This document shows positions 10,639 through 20,064 of a stretch of 64,000 nucleotides of DNA, piece by piece. A program made the translations under genes and the position numbers. How positions within the stretch are numbered: the first letter of the stretch is position 1; the number at the start of each line of letters is the position of its first letter. Source of the DNA: a virus. The notes under the pieces are model-generated. The model was given only the letters and a program-made list of their open reading frames with translations, was not told the DNA's origin and ran no database searches. The stretch is taken from positions 1-64,000 of the IMG/VR virus record IMGVR_UViG_3300047554_000536; one strand, given 5' to 3'.

Positions 10639-10840
10639 CCCAGAGAAGGTTATACAAGTACCACCACGTGAGGTACGAGAAGATTTCAAACACCCCGATC
10701 CAAAAAAGCATCAGTTAGTGAGTTTCGTTAAGTCGGCAATTCGTATTGTTGGATACGTCGCAATACCTTTTAATTTAGGTTTAGCTGTAGGATTGTTGGT
10801 AGTTTCAGAATTAGTTGGTATATTTGAAGAATTAGTTTAA
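10604..10840 (+). CDS. small membrane protein
   Basis: HQLVSFVKSAIRIVG...SELVGIFEELV hydrophobic C-terminus. Confidence 0.65.
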   Translation: MHNIKHKNVVIDPEKVIQVPPREVREDFKHPDPKKHQLVSFVKSAIRIVGYVAIPFNLGLAVGLLVVSELVGIFEELV

Positions 10841-10843
10841 GAT

Positions 10844-11314
10844 ATGAGCACAGGAAAATTTCAATCAACAAAATTATTTGACGGATACTCTGCATGTTTT
10901 CGTCAGTGGAAAGCAGATGGAACACACTGCAAGTTTCTTCACGGGTATGCTGTATCATTCAGAGTGTGGTTCGAAGGAGAGTTGGATCATAGAAACTGGG
11001 TATTCGACTTTGGTGGGATGAAGCGAGCAAAGAATTTAATAGAGGGTAGATCGCCTAAGGATTACTTTACGTACCTATTAGACCACACTACGATAGTTGC
11101 TCAAGATGATCCGTATTTGGAAAACTTCAAACAAATGGATAGAGATGGAATCATTCAGTTGAGAATCTTACCAAACGTAGGATGTGAGAAGTTTGCTGAG
11201 CACTTATATGGTGTTCTCAATGACTTCCTATTTGAAGAAACTGAAGGAAGGGTTAGAGCAACTCGAGTACAAGTTTATGAACACGAAAGAAATTCAGCAT
11301 CATATGGAGAATGA
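10844..11314 (+). CDS. queD: 6-carboxy-5,6,7,8-tetrahydropterin synthase
   Basis: HCKFLHGY (CxxxHGY), WVFDFG, LDHTT, GCEKFAE, VYEHERNSASY. Confidence 0.9.
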   Translation: MSTGKFQSTKLFDGYSACFRQWKADGTHCKFLHGYAVSFRVWFEGELDHRNWVFDFGGMKRAKNLIEGRSPKDYFTYLLDHTTIVAQDDPYLENFKQMDRDGIIQLRILPNVGCEKFAEHLYGVLNDFLFEETEGRVRATRVQVYEHERNSASYGE

Positions 11315-11567
11315 TCAAACAATGTTTGCTGACGGCTTTGATGAAGCTGTCATAGGAATCACTTACACAAACGGTACTCGTAAGGTAGTGTACGATGCGA
11401 GTAGGATGATAACAATCCTAATGCAGCGTGATGAAATGACTGAGGAGGATGCTATTGAGTATCTAGAATACAATGTCTGGAACACTTATATAGGAGAAGG
11501 AACACCAATCTATATCCACAGAGGGTCTTATACGGAAGTTTTGGAGTATATTGAAGAAAATAGTTAA
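11304..11567 (+). CDS. hypothetical phage protein
   Basis: ADGFDEAVIG..VVYD..EDAIEYLEYN..GEGTPI; start moved to ATG 11304. Confidence 0.7.
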   Translation: MENDQTMFADGFDEAVIGITYTNGTRKVVYDASRMITILMQRDEMTEEDAIEYLEYNVWNTYIGEGTPIYIHRGSYTEVLEYIEENS

Positions 11568-11584
11568 AATAAAAAACACAGGTT

Positions 11585-11827
11585 ATGGAATTTAGATCAC
11601 TTTACGAATACCTAGGACATGCAGCAGGTTCAGACCTAGGTAAAAGAGTAGCAACAGCAGCAGTAGCTCAAGGAGTTGCTATACAAACACAAGAAATTAG
11701 TAATCCAAAATACAGCGGAACAGTGATGATGTATCCGGTAGACTTTCTGGATCAGTACTTTGGTAAAGATGCTCAACCAGAGCAACCAACAGTGCAAGAC
11801 ATTTTAGACGACGAATTACCATTTTAA
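11585..11827 (+). CDS. hypothetical protein
   Basis: 80 aa ending DDELPF. Confidence 0.65.
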   Translation: MEFRSLYEYLGHAAGSDLGKRVATAAVAQGVAIQTQEISNPKYSGTVMMYPVDFLDQYFGKDAQPEQPTVQDILDDELPF

Positions 11828-11828
11828 T

Positions 11829-12611
11829 ATGAAAGCAGGAAGAATTACAGATTACGATAAGAAACTGCCAATAGTAGAACTATACTATTGTGTGCAGAGC
11901 GAAGGCTCCAGAGCGGGCTTTCCAACAGTAGCAGTCAGAACAACCGGATGTACTCACAGATGTTGGTTTGGTGAAGGTGGTTGGTGCGACTCTTGGTATA
12001 CAAGTATCCATCCAGAGAAGGGTGGTTTTACTTTTAACGATATCATCAAGATGTATGACGAACGTCCAGACATTAAGGAGATGATGTTGACGGGTGGATC
12101 ACCAACAATGCACCCAGATTTAGTTAACGAATTAACCCACCTAGCAAATGAAAGAGGTATTGTTATTACGATGGAGACAGAAGGTAGTCACTTCATTGAA
12201 ACAGATTACCCAATCGGTCTCATATCTCTCAGTCCTAAGTTTAGCAATAGCGTACCTAAGTTGGGAGTACTTACACCGAAAGGTATCGCAGTTGATCAAA
12301 AGATGATCGACAAGCATAACAGCTTACGTTTGAATTACGAAGCCATGAAGCAATCAATCGCATACCATACGAACTACCATTTCAAGCCGGTATGTAATCC
12401 AGTTGAGATGCCAGAGATTTGGGAACAGATTGAAGCATTCAGAGTTGAGCTTGGTATTCCTAAGAATAAAACTTGGATCATGCCTCCAGGAGATAACCGT
12501 GAGGAATTGGTCAGAGTCTATCCAATGGTGATTGACTTCTGCACAGAGAATGGATATAATTTTACCGGTCGTGAGCACATCATTGCATTCGACACAAAAC
12601 GAGGAGTATAA
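11829..12611 (+). CDS. queE: 7-carboxy-7-deazaguanine synthase (radical SAM)
   Basis: VQSEGSRAG.P.V.VRTTGCTHRC...WCDS, LTGGSP, METEGS, SLSPK. Confidence 0.9.
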   Translation: MKAGRITDYDKKLPIVELYYCVQSEGSRAGFPTVAVRTTGCTHRCWFGEGGWCDSWYTSIHPEKGGFTFNDIIKMYDERPDIKEMMLTGGSPTMHPDLVNELTHLANERGIVITMETEGSHFIETDYPIGLISLSPKFSNSVPKLGVLTPKGIAVDQKMIDKHNSLRLNYEAMKQSIAYHTNYHFKPVCNPVEMPEIWEQIEAFRVELGIPKNKTWIMPPGDNREELVRVYPMVIDFCTENGYNFTGREHIIAFDTKRGV

Positions 12612-12778
12612 TGCACGAAATACTACACTTTATAGGATTATGTCCAGATAGCTTTGCTCACTTCGATCTACTAGACTTGTTTGTTGCAAACTATCCAAAT
12701 TTATCCTATATTAATTTAAACACAATTAAATACTATGTTACAGAACGCATTTCAAGTAGAGGAGCTACTACAAACTAA
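12611..12778 (+). CDS. small hypothetical protein, 55 aa (not in ORF track)
   Basis: TAATG-coupled to queE; MHEILHFIGLCPDSFAHFDLLD... Confidence 0.45.
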   Translation: MHEILHFIGLCPDSFAHFDLLDLFVANYPNLSYINLNTIKYYVTERISSRGATTN

Positions 12779-13217
12779 CGATAAAGGCTCAAGAGCTCAG
12801 GTAGGGTATGACCTTACTCTGAAAGGTGTGAAACGAATTATGGGTGGAGCTGTTATGTCAGATAAGACGGCAGTAGAAGATTACCACGAAGTAGCGCCAA
12901 TGATTAATGCAGATGGGAAGTTTATTTACAAACTTAGTGCAGGAGCTTATTCATTAACCTTTGAACAGGGTTGTAAGCTACCAAACAACATGACAGCTTT
13001 TATTCGTCATCGTTCTAGCGTACTTCGTTGCGGAGCTATCATTACCTCAGGTGTATATGATCCAGGATTTGAAGTTGATGAGATGGGTGGTGTAATGATC
13101 GTTACTGAACCTATTATCATTGAGAAGGGTGCTCGTGTAGCTCAAATCATTATGTTTGAGAACAATGAGGCAGAATTGTATAACGGCCAATGGCAAGGTA
13201 ACAAAGACTTAAAGTAA
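12735..13217 (+). CDS. dCTP deaminase / dUTPase-family protein
   Basis: GYDLTL, RSSVLRCG, SGVYDPGF, ARVAQII, YNGQWQG. Confidence 0.75.
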   Translation: MLQNAFQVEELLQTNDKGSRAQVGYDLTLKGVKRIMGGAVMSDKTAVEDYHEVAPMINADGKFIYKLSAGAYSLTFEQGCKLPNNMTAFIRHRSSVLRCGAIITSGVYDPGFEVDEMGGVMIVTEPIIIEKGARVAQIIMFENNEAELYNGQWQGNKDLK

Positions 13218-13558
13218 TGAGGAAGTTCGTAGAAGTTCGTTTAGATATTGAAGGTCTGCATAACTGGCCTGATTGCAATCTACCACACGTAGAGTACTTA
13301 GCACATCTACATCGTCACACATTCCAGATCCTTTGTCGAGCAGAGGTATCGCACGGAAATCGTGACATTGAGTTTATTGATCTCAAACACAAAATCAAAC
13401 AACACATTGCAAAGACTTGGTATGATCCAGCTTATGGATGTTGTAACTTTGGAGCAATGAGTTGCGAAATGATCGCAGAAGATTTATTAAACTACTTTGG
13501 TTTGTGTAGATGTTCTGTATCAGAAGATGGAGAATTCTTTGGAATTGTTGAGATTTAG
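13217..13558 (+). CDS. QueD-like T-fold protein, DpdL-like (putative CDG decarboxylase)
   Basis: YLAHLHRHTF (LxxxHRHxF), RDIEFI, SCEMIAE, VSEDGE. Confidence 0.7.
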   Translation: MRKFVEVRLDIEGLHNWPDCNLPHVEYLAHLHRHTFQILCRAEVSHGNRDIEFIDLKHKIKQHIAKTWYDPAYGCCNFGAMSCEMIAEDLLNYFGLCRCSVSEDGEFFGIVEI

Positions 13559-13573
13559 TCGTATATTCGTATC

Positions 13574-14041
13574 ATGTTAAAGACAAAGAGAATCGTTTTA
13601 CTATTTGGTAAAATCTGTAGTGGCAAAAGTACTTACGCAGATGCTTTATGTTATATCACAAAAGCAAAGCGAATTACTGTGTCGGACATTGTAAAAAGAG
13701 TTTCGGGTAAGAATACTCGTAGCGAATTGCAAAACACACAGAACCTTGATATGCAGATTGCTCAGGAGCTAATCGCTGAGATTGAAAAGTATGAGAGAGT
13801 TGTTGTTGATGGTATCCGTCAGGCAAGTATTGTATGGGGTCTAGTAAACGAATTTGGCTTTGACAACATTGATATGATTTGGCTAGAAGCTGCTGACGAT
13901 GTTCGTAAGTATAGATTCTACGATCGATCAATCGCAAAGGATGATTTAAGTTTTGAAGAAGCAGATGCAAGAGATGAAGAGTTAGGTCTTGGAGGTGTTG
14001 CAAAAGCGTTTGAGAATTGGTATATTAAAGTAAATAACTAA
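13574..14041 (+). CDS. P-loop nucleotide monophosphate kinase-like protein
   Basis: LLFGKICSGKST, VVVDGIRQ. Confidence 0.7.
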   Translation: MLKTKRIVLLFGKICSGKSTYADALCYITKAKRITVSDIVKRVSGKNTRSELQNTQNLDMQIAQELIAEIEKYERVVVDGIRQASIVWGLVNEFGFDNIDMIWLEAADDVRKYRFYDRSIAKDDLSFEEADARDEELGLGGVAKAFENWYIKVNN

Positions 14042-14047
14042 TAAGAG

Positions 14048-14695
14048 ATGGAGTTAATTAAAAAAGCAAATGGAAACATTCCTCGTACAGAAGAGGAAAA
14101 AAAGCAGATGATTGAGAAAGCTGCTGAGTATTATGGTGGTTTCTTAACAGCTTTAGGCTTCGATTGGAAAGCGGATCCACACAGTGATCGTACACCACAT
14201 CGTGTAGCTAAAGCTTGGGTAAACGATTTGATCGCAGGATCAATCTCACCAGAACCTGAGATTACAGCATTCCCTAATGATGAGGGTTATACCGGATTGA
14301 TCTGTCAAACACGCATTCCAGTAATGAGTATGTGTGCACATCACAACCTAACATTCTCAGGAGTAGCTCACGTAGCATATATTCCAGGTAAGGAGAAAGA
14401 TGATATGGTTGTTGGATTAAGTAAGTTGAATCGTATTGTAGATTTCTACTCACGTCGTCCAAACATTCAAGAGTCTTTAACTAAGCAGATTCATGACCAC
14501 ATCGATCGTTTGTGTATTGGTAATCGTGGAGTAGCTGTAGTTATTGAATCTCAACACAATTGTGTTAAGTGTCGTGGTATCAAACATGAGTCAGTAATGA
14601 AGACATCTCAAATGTCAGGTTACTTCTGGACTAACGAGATTGGAACAAGACAAGAATTTTTTAACCTTATAGATCAAAGTCGTTATGGAGCCTAA
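14048..14695 (+). CDS. folE: GTP cyclohydrolase I
   Basis: RTPHRVAKAW, SMCAHHNL, GLSKLNRIV, RRPNIQE, HNCVKCRG. Confidence 0.95.
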   Translation: MELIKKANGNIPRTEEEKKQMIEKAAEYYGGFLTALGFDWKADPHSDRTPHRVAKAWVNDLIAGSISPEPEITAFPNDEGYTGLICQTRIPVMSMCAHHNLTFSGVAHVAYIPGKEKDDMVVGLSKLNRIVDFYSRRPNIQESLTKQIHDHIDRLCIGNRGVAVVIESQHNCVKCRGIKHESVMKTSQMSGYFWTNEIGTRQEFFNLIDQSRYGA

Positions 14696-15029
14696 AATTC
14701 ACTATGGAACCACTAGTGACCTCACTAGCGGTTGCACAATCACTACCACCCCAAATTGGTACAACGGAACCACGATCATTAGTGGTGGTTCAAGTAGTTC
14801 ACTAGTCTTTAATCCAGATAACAATATGAGTAAACAACAAGTAAAAGTAGCAGTGTTCCGAGTAACACGTGATGAGTTTGGTAACATCGAATCTTCTCAA
14901 TTTTTAGAAGAGATGTGGATCGAACAAACACCAGGAAAATCTATTGACTTCGCTGTAGCAAAACAGCTTGAGGAAGATGTAGAAGCAGATGAAATCGTAA
15001 TCAAACAACTACAATCGGTTACTCTCTAA
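14685..15029 (+). CDS. hypothetical protein
   Basis: Overlap-coupled ORF inside the cluster; true start could be the internal Met. Confidence 0.55.
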   Translation: MEPKIHYGTTSDLTSGCTITTTPNWYNGTTIISGGSSSSLVFNPDNNMSKQQVKVAVFRVTRDEFGNIESSQFLEEMWIEQTPGKSIDFAVAKQLEEDVEADEIVIKQLQSVTL

Positions 15030-15823
15030 TGATGGACGTATACGTTATATCGCCCTTGAGTAATTTAGAGCCGATGAAGCTTGGCGATAGGTTGTTTGTA
15101 TTAGCTCACTTGTGGGTGCAATCACCAGAGTATAGACAGTTCATCTATGATCAGATTGATGAGGATCTTGATCGCTGGATCACACTAGACAACTCAGCAG
15201 CTGAGCGAGCCTTAGTAACTGAAGATGTGTTGATCAACGTAGTAAAAGAGTTAGCACCAAGCGAAGTAATTGCACCAGATGTGCTATTTGATAAAGACGC
15301 TACAATTGCAAATGCAATCAAGTTTCGAGATCGAATGGAAGCAGAGGGTTTACTAGATAGCACAGAAATCTTCTTCTGTCCGCAAGGTAAAACTAAAGAG
15401 GATTGGCTAGAAGCTTACAAATGGGGATTAGAGCAAGATTGGATTAGCACAATTGGTTTCTCTAAGATTGCAATTCCTCAGGCGTGGTTAGTAGACTTCA
15501 AAGATGATCAAGGTATTAAGGAAGCTCGTCATATGGCCTATGACTACTTGAAAGAGCACAACCTATTACTGAAACCGATCCACTGTTTAGGTCAAGGTGA
15601 TCCAACCGAGTTCTCTTACTACGATCATCCAGCAATGCGCAGCACAGATTCAGTATTCCCAGTACTAGCGGCTGCACATGGTCAGGACTTTAGAGTAGAT
15701 CATACTACTCGGATTCCAACTCCACACAACTTCCTAGAGACATACGACATGAGTAATGTTGATATGGAGCTAGTAAAGAAGAATGTGCAGTACTTGCGAC
15801 TAAGTTGCATGACCGGTAAATAA
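15029..15823 (+). CDS. TGT/DpdA-like TIM-barrel protein (7-deazaguanine insertion)
   Basis: ITLDNSAAE, APDVL, PQG, IHCLG, RSTDS resemble TGT/DpdA motifs; gene context. Confidence 0.6.
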   Translation: MMDVYVISPLSNLEPMKLGDRLFVLAHLWVQSPEYRQFIYDQIDEDLDRWITLDNSAAERALVTEDVLINVVKELAPSEVIAPDVLFDKDATIANAIKFRDRMEAEGLLDSTEIFFCPQGKTKEDWLEAYKWGLEQDWISTIGFSKIAIPQAWLVDFKDDQGIKEARHMAYDYLKEHNLLLKPIHCLGQGDPTEFSYYDHPAMRSTDSVFPVLAAAHGQDFRVDHTTRIPTPHNFLETYDMSNVDMELVKKNVQYLRLSCMTGK

Positions 15824-15844
15824 GCTGACCTCTACCCTGTCAAG

Positions 15845-15874
15845 AAGCCAACCATAAAAAGTTGGCTTTTTTTT
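15845..15874 (+). terminator. intrinsic terminator ending the deazaguanine cluster
   Basis: aagccaac-cataaaaa-gttggctt followed by a long T tract. Confidence 0.8.
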
Positions 15875-15891
15875 ATTTTTTTTTTGTCAAA

Positions 15892-15930
15892 CTGTTGCAA
15901 ATACGAAATATCCGCCTGACCTTTAGGTAT
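15892..15930 (+). promoter_or_regulatory. Bacteroidota sigma70-type promoter, with a near-duplicate at 16551-16590
   Basis: ctgttgcaaatacgaaat...gacctttaggtata occurs twice. Confidence 0.6.
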
Positions 15931-15944
15931 AAAGAAAAAGAGAT

Positions 15945-16214
15945 ATGACACACAAGGAATTTAAATTAACAGTTAAGAATGAAATCCTCGAAGATGCAGG
16001 ACTTGGTAGAACAGCAGTACATTATCATCCTGGTGATGTAATGATAGTTGATGAGGAGATGTTTAATATGATCCAGTTAGGAAACACTATTGAAAGACCG
16101 ACTCGAGAAGGTTGGATTACATTTGATAAGTATAACTTTGAGAATGAGGTTGCAGTCACAGCTGTTACCGTTGATTATAGTATTCGCAAATTAGGACAAC
16201 GTAAAAATAAATAG
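15945..16214 (+). CDS. hypothetical protein
   Basis: ORF downstream of a promoter motif. Confidence 0.65.
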   Translation: MTHKEFKLTVKNEILEDAGLGRTAVHYHPGDVMIVDEEMFNMIQLGNTIERPTREGWITFDKYNFENEVAVTAVTVDYSIRKLGQRKNK

Positions 16215-16219
16215 GAGCT

Positions 16220-16531
16220 ATGACAAAAGTATTTTATATTGACCATGTACAAAGAAATAATGGCACAACCATTTTAAAATGTTATGCAGTAAAAGCAGAA
16301 ACCTTCGAAGAGGCTGTTGCTTTGCATAATAGTGATTGGGAAAATTTGGTAGGTAGGGCAAAATTTCCACCGGAGATAGCACATATGGCAGAAAAATTTA
16401 TAGATGGCTGGAGTATTCGACGTATAGAAGAGTTAAAACCAGCTCGCACACCAGACCGAAAAGAAAATGGTATTGACGATGAGACCGAAGAGCGTTGTGA
16501 TTGTGATGCGTGTTGTTGTGATGAATTTTAA
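16220..16531 (+). CDS. hypothetical protein with Cys-rich tail
   Basis: Ends RCDCDACCCDEF. Confidence 0.6.
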   Translation: MTKVFYIDHVQRNNGTTILKCYAVKAETFEEAVALHNSDWENLVGRAKFPPEIAHMAEKFIDGWSIRRIEELKPARTPDRKENGIDDETEERCDCDACCCDEF

Positions 16532-16602
16532 ATAAAAAAGTTTTGCACAACTGTTGCAAATACGAAATTAAGTGACGACCTTTAGGTATAAGATTAAGAG
16601 AT

Positions 16603-16818
16603 ATGATAAATACATTTAAAACCCGCGAAGAGATTATCAACGCACTAGTTACCGAGTTTAATGAGAAACCAGGTAGTTTTAATAACAACGAGAAAACTAA
16701 ATCTCGAGAGAAGTTCTGGACTTACAATCGTCTGTTGAACTACTACTTCAAAAAGAAGAACGCTGCTATACCAGTGTTACGATTCGGTCGTCGGACACAT
16801 GCTACTAAATTATTCTAA
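16603..16818 (+). CDS. hypothetical protein
   Basis: ORF after the duplicated promoter. Confidence 0.6.
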   Translation: MINTFKTREEIINALVTEFNEKPGSFNNNEKTKSREKFWTYNRLLNYYFKKKNAAIPVLRFGRRTHATKLF

Positions 16819-17015
16819 AAACAAAATAAGCTATGGAAATTTTTCACTTAATTAACAACACGTACCAAGTAGTAGATTTATCAACCAACTCTGTGTTATT
16901 CCAGGGTACGCACGAAGAGTGTGTTCACTATCAGGAAGATGCTTTATATGAGATGTTTCTCAGTATGGCTGGCTTTTAAGTTGGTTTTTTGAAAAAAAGG
17001 TTGTATCTTTACTTT

Positions 17016-17282
17016 ATGATAGGAAAGAAAAGAGAGATTGATTTCTCACAACGCCCTAGCGCATTTGTACCACTCAAGGATTGGTGTACATTCTCTATGG
17101 GTAAAGAAGCCGAGCGAGGAGATTTTCTTGAAGTTACAGAGTGGTCTAACGGAGAGGGTTATGAAGTTACTATTAACTTCAATCACCGGGAGACTAAATT
17201 TGATTTAACTTACGGTCAGTTAGAAGCTTTAATCGCATGTCAAAAACAGATAGAAACACACATTAATGGAGAAAACGTATAA
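17016..17282 (+). CDS. hypothetical protein
   Basis: DFLEVTEWSNGEGYEV; start moved to ATG 17016. Confidence 0.6.
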   Translation: MIGKKREIDFSQRPSAFVPLKDWCTFSMGKEAERGDFLEVTEWSNGEGYEVTINFNHRETKFDLTYGQLEALIACQKQIETHINGENV

Positions 17283-19506
17283 AATTATCACAGACATGGC
17301 TGGTGTTGTCGAACTAGCCAATTACATTAAGAACGGAAACATTATCGCATACGATATTGAGACAACTAGTGTCAATCCTCGAACAGGAATGATCATTGGT
17401 TTCTCTGTATCTGCAAATATCGATGAGGGTTATTACTTCCCAACACGATACTGGGATACTGATAGTCAGGCATTGGTAGATTCTTACATTGATGGTAAGA
17501 GTTGTGATGAGGTCGCTAAGCAACTAATCAACTTACTTAAAGGTAAAAAGTTAGTGATGCATAACGGATCGTTCGATATTCGGTTCACGAAGAACTTCTA
17601 TGGCATTGATCTTCGTGATGATCTCTACTGCGATACGATGTTGCTGCGACATACTCTTAAAGAGGATGGTCCATTCGGTTTGAAAGATATTGCAATCGAA
17701 TTACAAGCTGAACTTGGTATTAATGCTGAGAAAGAAGCCAACGAGGAGCAGATCCTAATGAAGGAGAATATCAAAGCTAATGGTGGTAGTACTACAAAAG
17801 ACAACTATGAGATTTACAAAGCAGATATGCAGCTACTAGGAAACTATGCAGCAGCCGATACTGACTTAACTCTTCGTGTGATGACTTACTACCTACCAAT
17901 CCTAAAAGAGCAGGAGTTGTGGGACTTCTTCTTTGTTGATGAGGTGATGCCTCTATACAAGACTGTTACTATTCAGATGGAAGAGAAGGGTACTGAGCTT
18001 GATATGGAATTGATTCAAAAGACTAAGAACGATATCACCATCGAGCTTGCTAAACTTGAGCAAGAGATTATATCTGACCTGATGACTATTCCAGCTGCTA
18101 AGCAGTGGGTAATGTTCAAAGCAACAAAGTCGTTTCCACCTAAGAAGCGAGGTAACTATGCTGAACGATTGAAAAAGTATGAGAATCCAGAGAACCCGGA
18201 TGGTGTAGCTCGATTCTTATCTACTGGTGATCCAGCTGACTTAGATACTAGAGATGCTGTTAAGATTAGTTTGGATATGTGGAAAGAGAAAGAAGGAAAC
18301 TATCTCAACATTAGTAGTAAGCAGCAGTTAGCAGAGATTGTATTTAAGTATATGAAGATCAAACCTATGAGTCAGACTCGCAAAGGTACCGATCAATTCA
18401 ACGATGATATGATTGAGCATCTTAGTAAAGATCATTCATGGGCTGCAAAGTTGCGTGACTACAACAAACTGACCAAGATTAACTCAGCATACATTGATCG
18501 ATTCTTAGATGGGAACGAGAACGGTCGTTACTATTGGTACTTTAAACAGCATGGTACAACATCAGGACGATTTAGCTCTGACTGTCAACAAATGCCACGT
18601 GTATTGGAACCAGGTGAGGTGAGTGATTTAGTATTGAAGTACAATAACATTCTACGAAGCTTCTTGAAAGCAGAGGATGATCGTCGATTGATTATTTGTG
18701 ACCAATCTTCACTAGAGCCACGAGTGTTTGCATCTGTGAGTAATGACCCTAATCTAATCAATGTATTCTTAGAGAACGAGGACCTTTATAGTCGTGTTGC
18801 TATTCAAGCATTCAAACTAAAAGGAATGTCAGCTAAGAAGAGTGATCCTAACTTCGTGAAGACTTTGCGTCCTGAGTTGAGACAGAGAGCTAAAGGTATT
18901 GCACTTGCAATTCCTTATGGAGCTGGAGCTTGGCAGATTGGTCAATCTCTCAACATCAACATGAATGAAGCACAGAAGTTGATCGATGGTTATCTTGAGG
19001 GTTTTCCTGAGCTAGCTAAGTGGATGAGTGATACTCACTTGCGTGCTCAATCGTTTGGGTATATCAAGAACAAGACTGGACGTATTCGTCACTTGGATCG
19101 TGTGAAGCAGATTTATGAGAAGTTCGAGGACAACTTGATTGAACCTAGATCGTTTAAGATGATGAAGAGTATGTGTAAGACTCCTGAGCAGACTCAGAAG
19201 ATTATGCAACTACGTATGGAGTATAAGAACGGTCTTAACAACTCAAAGAACTTCCAGATTCAATCACTAGCTGCATCTATTATGAACCGATCAGCTATTG
19301 CAATCCACAAAGAGTTTAAAGAGAAGGGATTGGATGCATACATCATGTTGCAGATTCATGATGAGTTTGTTGTGAATGCTCCAGTAGAGATTGCTGAAGA
19401 GGTAGCTAAGATCGTTAAGCATCACATGGAGAACACAGTAACTATTCCAACTGGATTGATCGCTGAGCCAAACATTGCATTAAATTTTGGAGAGGGGCAC
19501 GTTTAA
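17266..19506 (+). CDS. polA: family A DNA polymerase with 3'-5' exonuclease
   Basis: ExoI YDIETT, HNGSFD, YAAAD, TTSGRFSS, motif A DQSSLEPR, motif B RQRAKGIALAIPYG, motif C QIHDE. Confidence 0.95.
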   Translation: MEKTYKIITDMAGVVELANYIKNGNIIAYDIETTSVNPRTGMIIGFSVSANIDEGYYFPTRYWDTDSQALVDSYIDGKSCDEVAKQLINLLKGKKLVMHNGSFDIRFTKNFYGIDLRDDLYCDTMLLRHTLKEDGPFGLKDIAIELQAELGINAEKEANEEQILMKENIKANGGSTTKDNYEIYKADMQLLGNYAAADTDLTLRVMTYYLPILKEQELWDFFFVDEVMPLYKTVTIQMEEKGTELDMELIQKTKNDITIELAKLEQEIISDLMTIPAAKQWVMFKATKSFPPKKRGNYAERLKKYENPENPDGVARFLSTGDPADLDTRDAVKISLDMWKEKEGNYLNISSKQQLAEIVFKYMKIKPMSQTRKGTDQFNDDMIEHLSKDHSWAAKLRDYNKLTKINSAYIDRFLDGNENGRYYWYFKQHGTTSGRFSSDCQQMPRVLEPGEVSDLVLKYNNILRSFLKAEDDRRLIICDQSSLEPRVFASVSNDPNLINVFLENEDLYSRVAIQAFKLKGMSAKKSDPNFVKTLRPELRQRAKGIALAIPYGAGAWQIGQSLNINMNEAQKLIDGYLEGFPELAKWMSDTHLRAQSFGYIKNKTGRIRHLDRVKQIYEKFEDNLIEPRSFKMMKSMCKTPEQTQKIMQLRMEYKNGLNNSKNFQIQSLAASIMNRSAIAIHKEFKEKGLDAYIMLQIHDEFVVNAPVEIAEEVAKIVKHHMENTVTIPTGLIAEPNIALNFGEGHV

Positions 19507-19593
19507 AACGTATCCCCTCCCTATTTATATACAGACCTGAGGGCAAGCTCAGTTACGAATTTTATTAATTAACCATCTAAGGAGGTAAACATT

Positions 19594-20004
19594 ATGAACA
19601 CAGAAGTCACTTTTGACGTCCTATTCCGGGACCTATTTAACGCACATTCGCGTTTCGGATCTATTTCAGAGATCAAAATTCCACACCCAGTAGACATTTA
19701 TGAACATTCAGACGGTCTTGTATTTGAGATCGCTTGTACTGGTTTGAGTAAAGATGAAGTCGATATTGATATCGAACTTGATGTACTCAAAGTGTCCTAC
19801 AACAAACCAAAGCAGCATGACGGAGAAGAAGAAGCTCGCACATATCAGTGCAGAGGCATTGCTCGTCGATCATTTAATCTAGCTTACAAAATCTCACCAA
19901 AGTACACTCTATCAGAGAGTACAGCGGCTATGGAGAATGGTCTATTGATCATCACTATTCCATTTGCAGAAGAAGCTAAACCAAAAAAGTTACAAATTAA
20001 ATAA
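19594..20004 (+). CDS. small heat shock protein (Hsp20/IbpA family)
   Basis: PVDIYE, RGIARRSFN, AAMENGLLIITIP, KPKKLQIK. Confidence 0.92.
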   Translation: MNTEVTFDVLFRDLFNAHSRFGSISEIKIPHPVDIYEHSDGLVFEIACTGLSKDEVDIDIELDVLKVSYNKPKQHDGEEEARTYQCRGIARRSFNLAYKISPKYTLSESTAAMENGLLIITIPFAEEAKPKKLQIK

Positions 20005-20064
20005 ACCAACGCTTGCTCTTGGGTCTTTTTTTCGTATATTAATTAAAACAACAGTTATATAATT

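Noticed and set aside
10844-15823. Queuosine tRNA-modification pathway
   Set aside because: No queC, queF or queA in the window, and the TGT-like protein lacks the zinc-binding CxCxxC motif of tRNA TGTs; DNA modification fits better.
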